A stretch of DNA of 64,000 nucleotides from positions 2,240,001-2,304,000 of the forward strand of contig CBDDFZ010000001.1 of NCBI GenBank assembly GCA_965227515.1, written 5' to 3'. The notes beneath the pieces were generated by a model, which saw only the letters and a program-made list of their open reading frames with translations, did not search any database and had not been told where the DNA came from. Below are positions 63,034-64,000 of the stretch, piece after piece; positions within the stretch are counted from its first letter, which is position 1, and the number at the start of each line of letters is the position of its first letter. Both the position numbers and the translations under genes were made by a program. The DNA is from Alphaproteobacteria bacterium (GTDB lineage Bacteria > Pseudomonadota > Alphaproteobacteria > CALKHQ01).

Positions 63034-63528
63034 TCAGTTGCCGTGTTGTTGGTGGTCCATGCCGGGCGCGCCGGCCGCCATGGCGCGGATGGGTATTTCG
63101 AGCAAGATCTCGCCGGCCTGCTCGAACTGGAGCGTCAGCGGCAGGGTCTCGCCCTCCACCAGGTGTCCCGTCAGGCCGAACAGCATGACGTGAAGGCCGC
63201 CCGGCGCCAGTGTGACGCTGCCGCCGGCCGGAACCACGATGCCACCGTCCAGCGGCCGCATGATCATGGCGTCGCCGTCCATCGCCATCTCGTGCAGTTC
63301 GACCACGGCGGCCATCGGCGTCGCCGCCGCGATGAGCAAGTCGTCGCCGGCGCCGGCATTGGCGACGGACAGGTAGGCGGCCCCGGTGTCGATCACGCTG
63401 GCGCGCGCGAACACCTCGGTGATGGTGAGGTCTCCCAGCCGATAGGCAGCTGGGTCCGCGAATGCGGACGAGCTTGAGGCAAGGGCAAGGCAGGCGCTCG
63501 TGGCGAGCGCAAAGGCATGACGAAGCAT
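63034..63528 (-). CDS. Periplasmic copper chaperone PCu(A)C
   Basis: Signal peptide; ELHEM..IMR..LAPGGLHVML motif. Confidence 0.92.
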   Translation of the reverse strand: MLRHAFALATSACLALASSSSAFADPAAYRLGDLTITEVFARASVIDTGAAYLSVANAGAGDDLLIAAATPMAAVVELHEMAMDGDAMIMRPLDGGIVVPAGGSVTLAPGGLHVMLFGLTGHLVEGETLPLTLQFEQAGEILLEIPIRAMAAGAPGMDHQQHGN

Positions 63529-63598
63529 CGTCGTCTCCATTGGTCGATGTGTCTGGGAAGTCTGTCGCCGTGCGCGTGGTGCGACGGCGTGGCAGGCC

Positions 63599-64000
63599 TC
63601 AGACCAATGGAGGGCTACGTGGCTTGCGGCGAAAACGCGGTTGGGTTTGCCGAAGCAGGCGTGCGGCCGGCCATCTCCGGAACACCCGGCGCGCGGCCGC
63701 CGGCATCGGTTGCGCTGAGGCGGGCAGTACGGCCGCACCGGCGAGGCGCAGGCAACAGGTCAGGCAGTCGTGCGCACTGGCGTCGCCGTGGTCGGCGGGG
63801 GCGCTGTCGGGTAGCGGTACGTCGCCGGGCAGGGGCTGGCCATCGGCGCCGACCACAATGGTCTTGAGCCCCAGTCCGGTGCAGATAACGATGGTCCGCG
63901 CCCCGGCCCCGCCCTCGTCAACGGCCACCGCGTATGCCGGAACGGCATTGATCTGGATGCCGGCCAGCGCCAGCAAGACCAGAAGTGCATGCAGGGGCTT
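63599..64000 (-). CDS. DUF2946-family protein (5' end outside the window)
   Basis: IVICTGLG, HDCLTCC (CXXC), C-terminal PRSPP; frame open to the window edge; upstream of PCuAC. Confidence 0.8.
   Translation of the reverse strand, partial: KPLHALLVLLALAGIQINAVPAYAVAVDEGGAGARTIVICTGLGLKTIVVGADGQPLPGDVPLPDSAPADHGDASAHDCLTCCLRLAGAAVLPASAQPMPAAARRVFRRWPAARLLRQTQPRFRRKPRSPPLV

Overview
GC-rich alphaproteobacterial chromosome segment (Rhodospirillales-like gene content, inferred) with about 50 CDSs. Core genes: dcd-murA-DUF2948-hisG-UPF0262-LMW-PTP-maf-RNase E/G-like cluster, tRNA-Met, split pntAA/pntAB/pntB, degP-RR-HK, a TPP riboswitch with a ThiXYZ-type transporter, an RND pump and frameshifted prfB. 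The best candidate for an undescribed system is a tandem pair of paralogous PAS histidine kinases (18875-22277) with complementary defects. The first has an intact ATP-binding domain but Tyr in place of the phospho-His. The second keeps the His but has a degenerate ATP-binding domain, suggesting a split kinase or a DivL-like plus ChpT-like module. Other notable items: three Flp pilins, each with its own sigma54/IHF/enhancer-like promoter; oppositely charged disordered tails at the PntAA/PntAB split; four families of palindromic REP/MITE-like repeats; a duplicated, decayed thioesterase bracketing an AT-richer gene; and a DUF2946 leader upstream of a PCuAC gene. No CRISPR, rRNA, integrase or transposase was seen. 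All calls come from reading the sequence; no searches were run.
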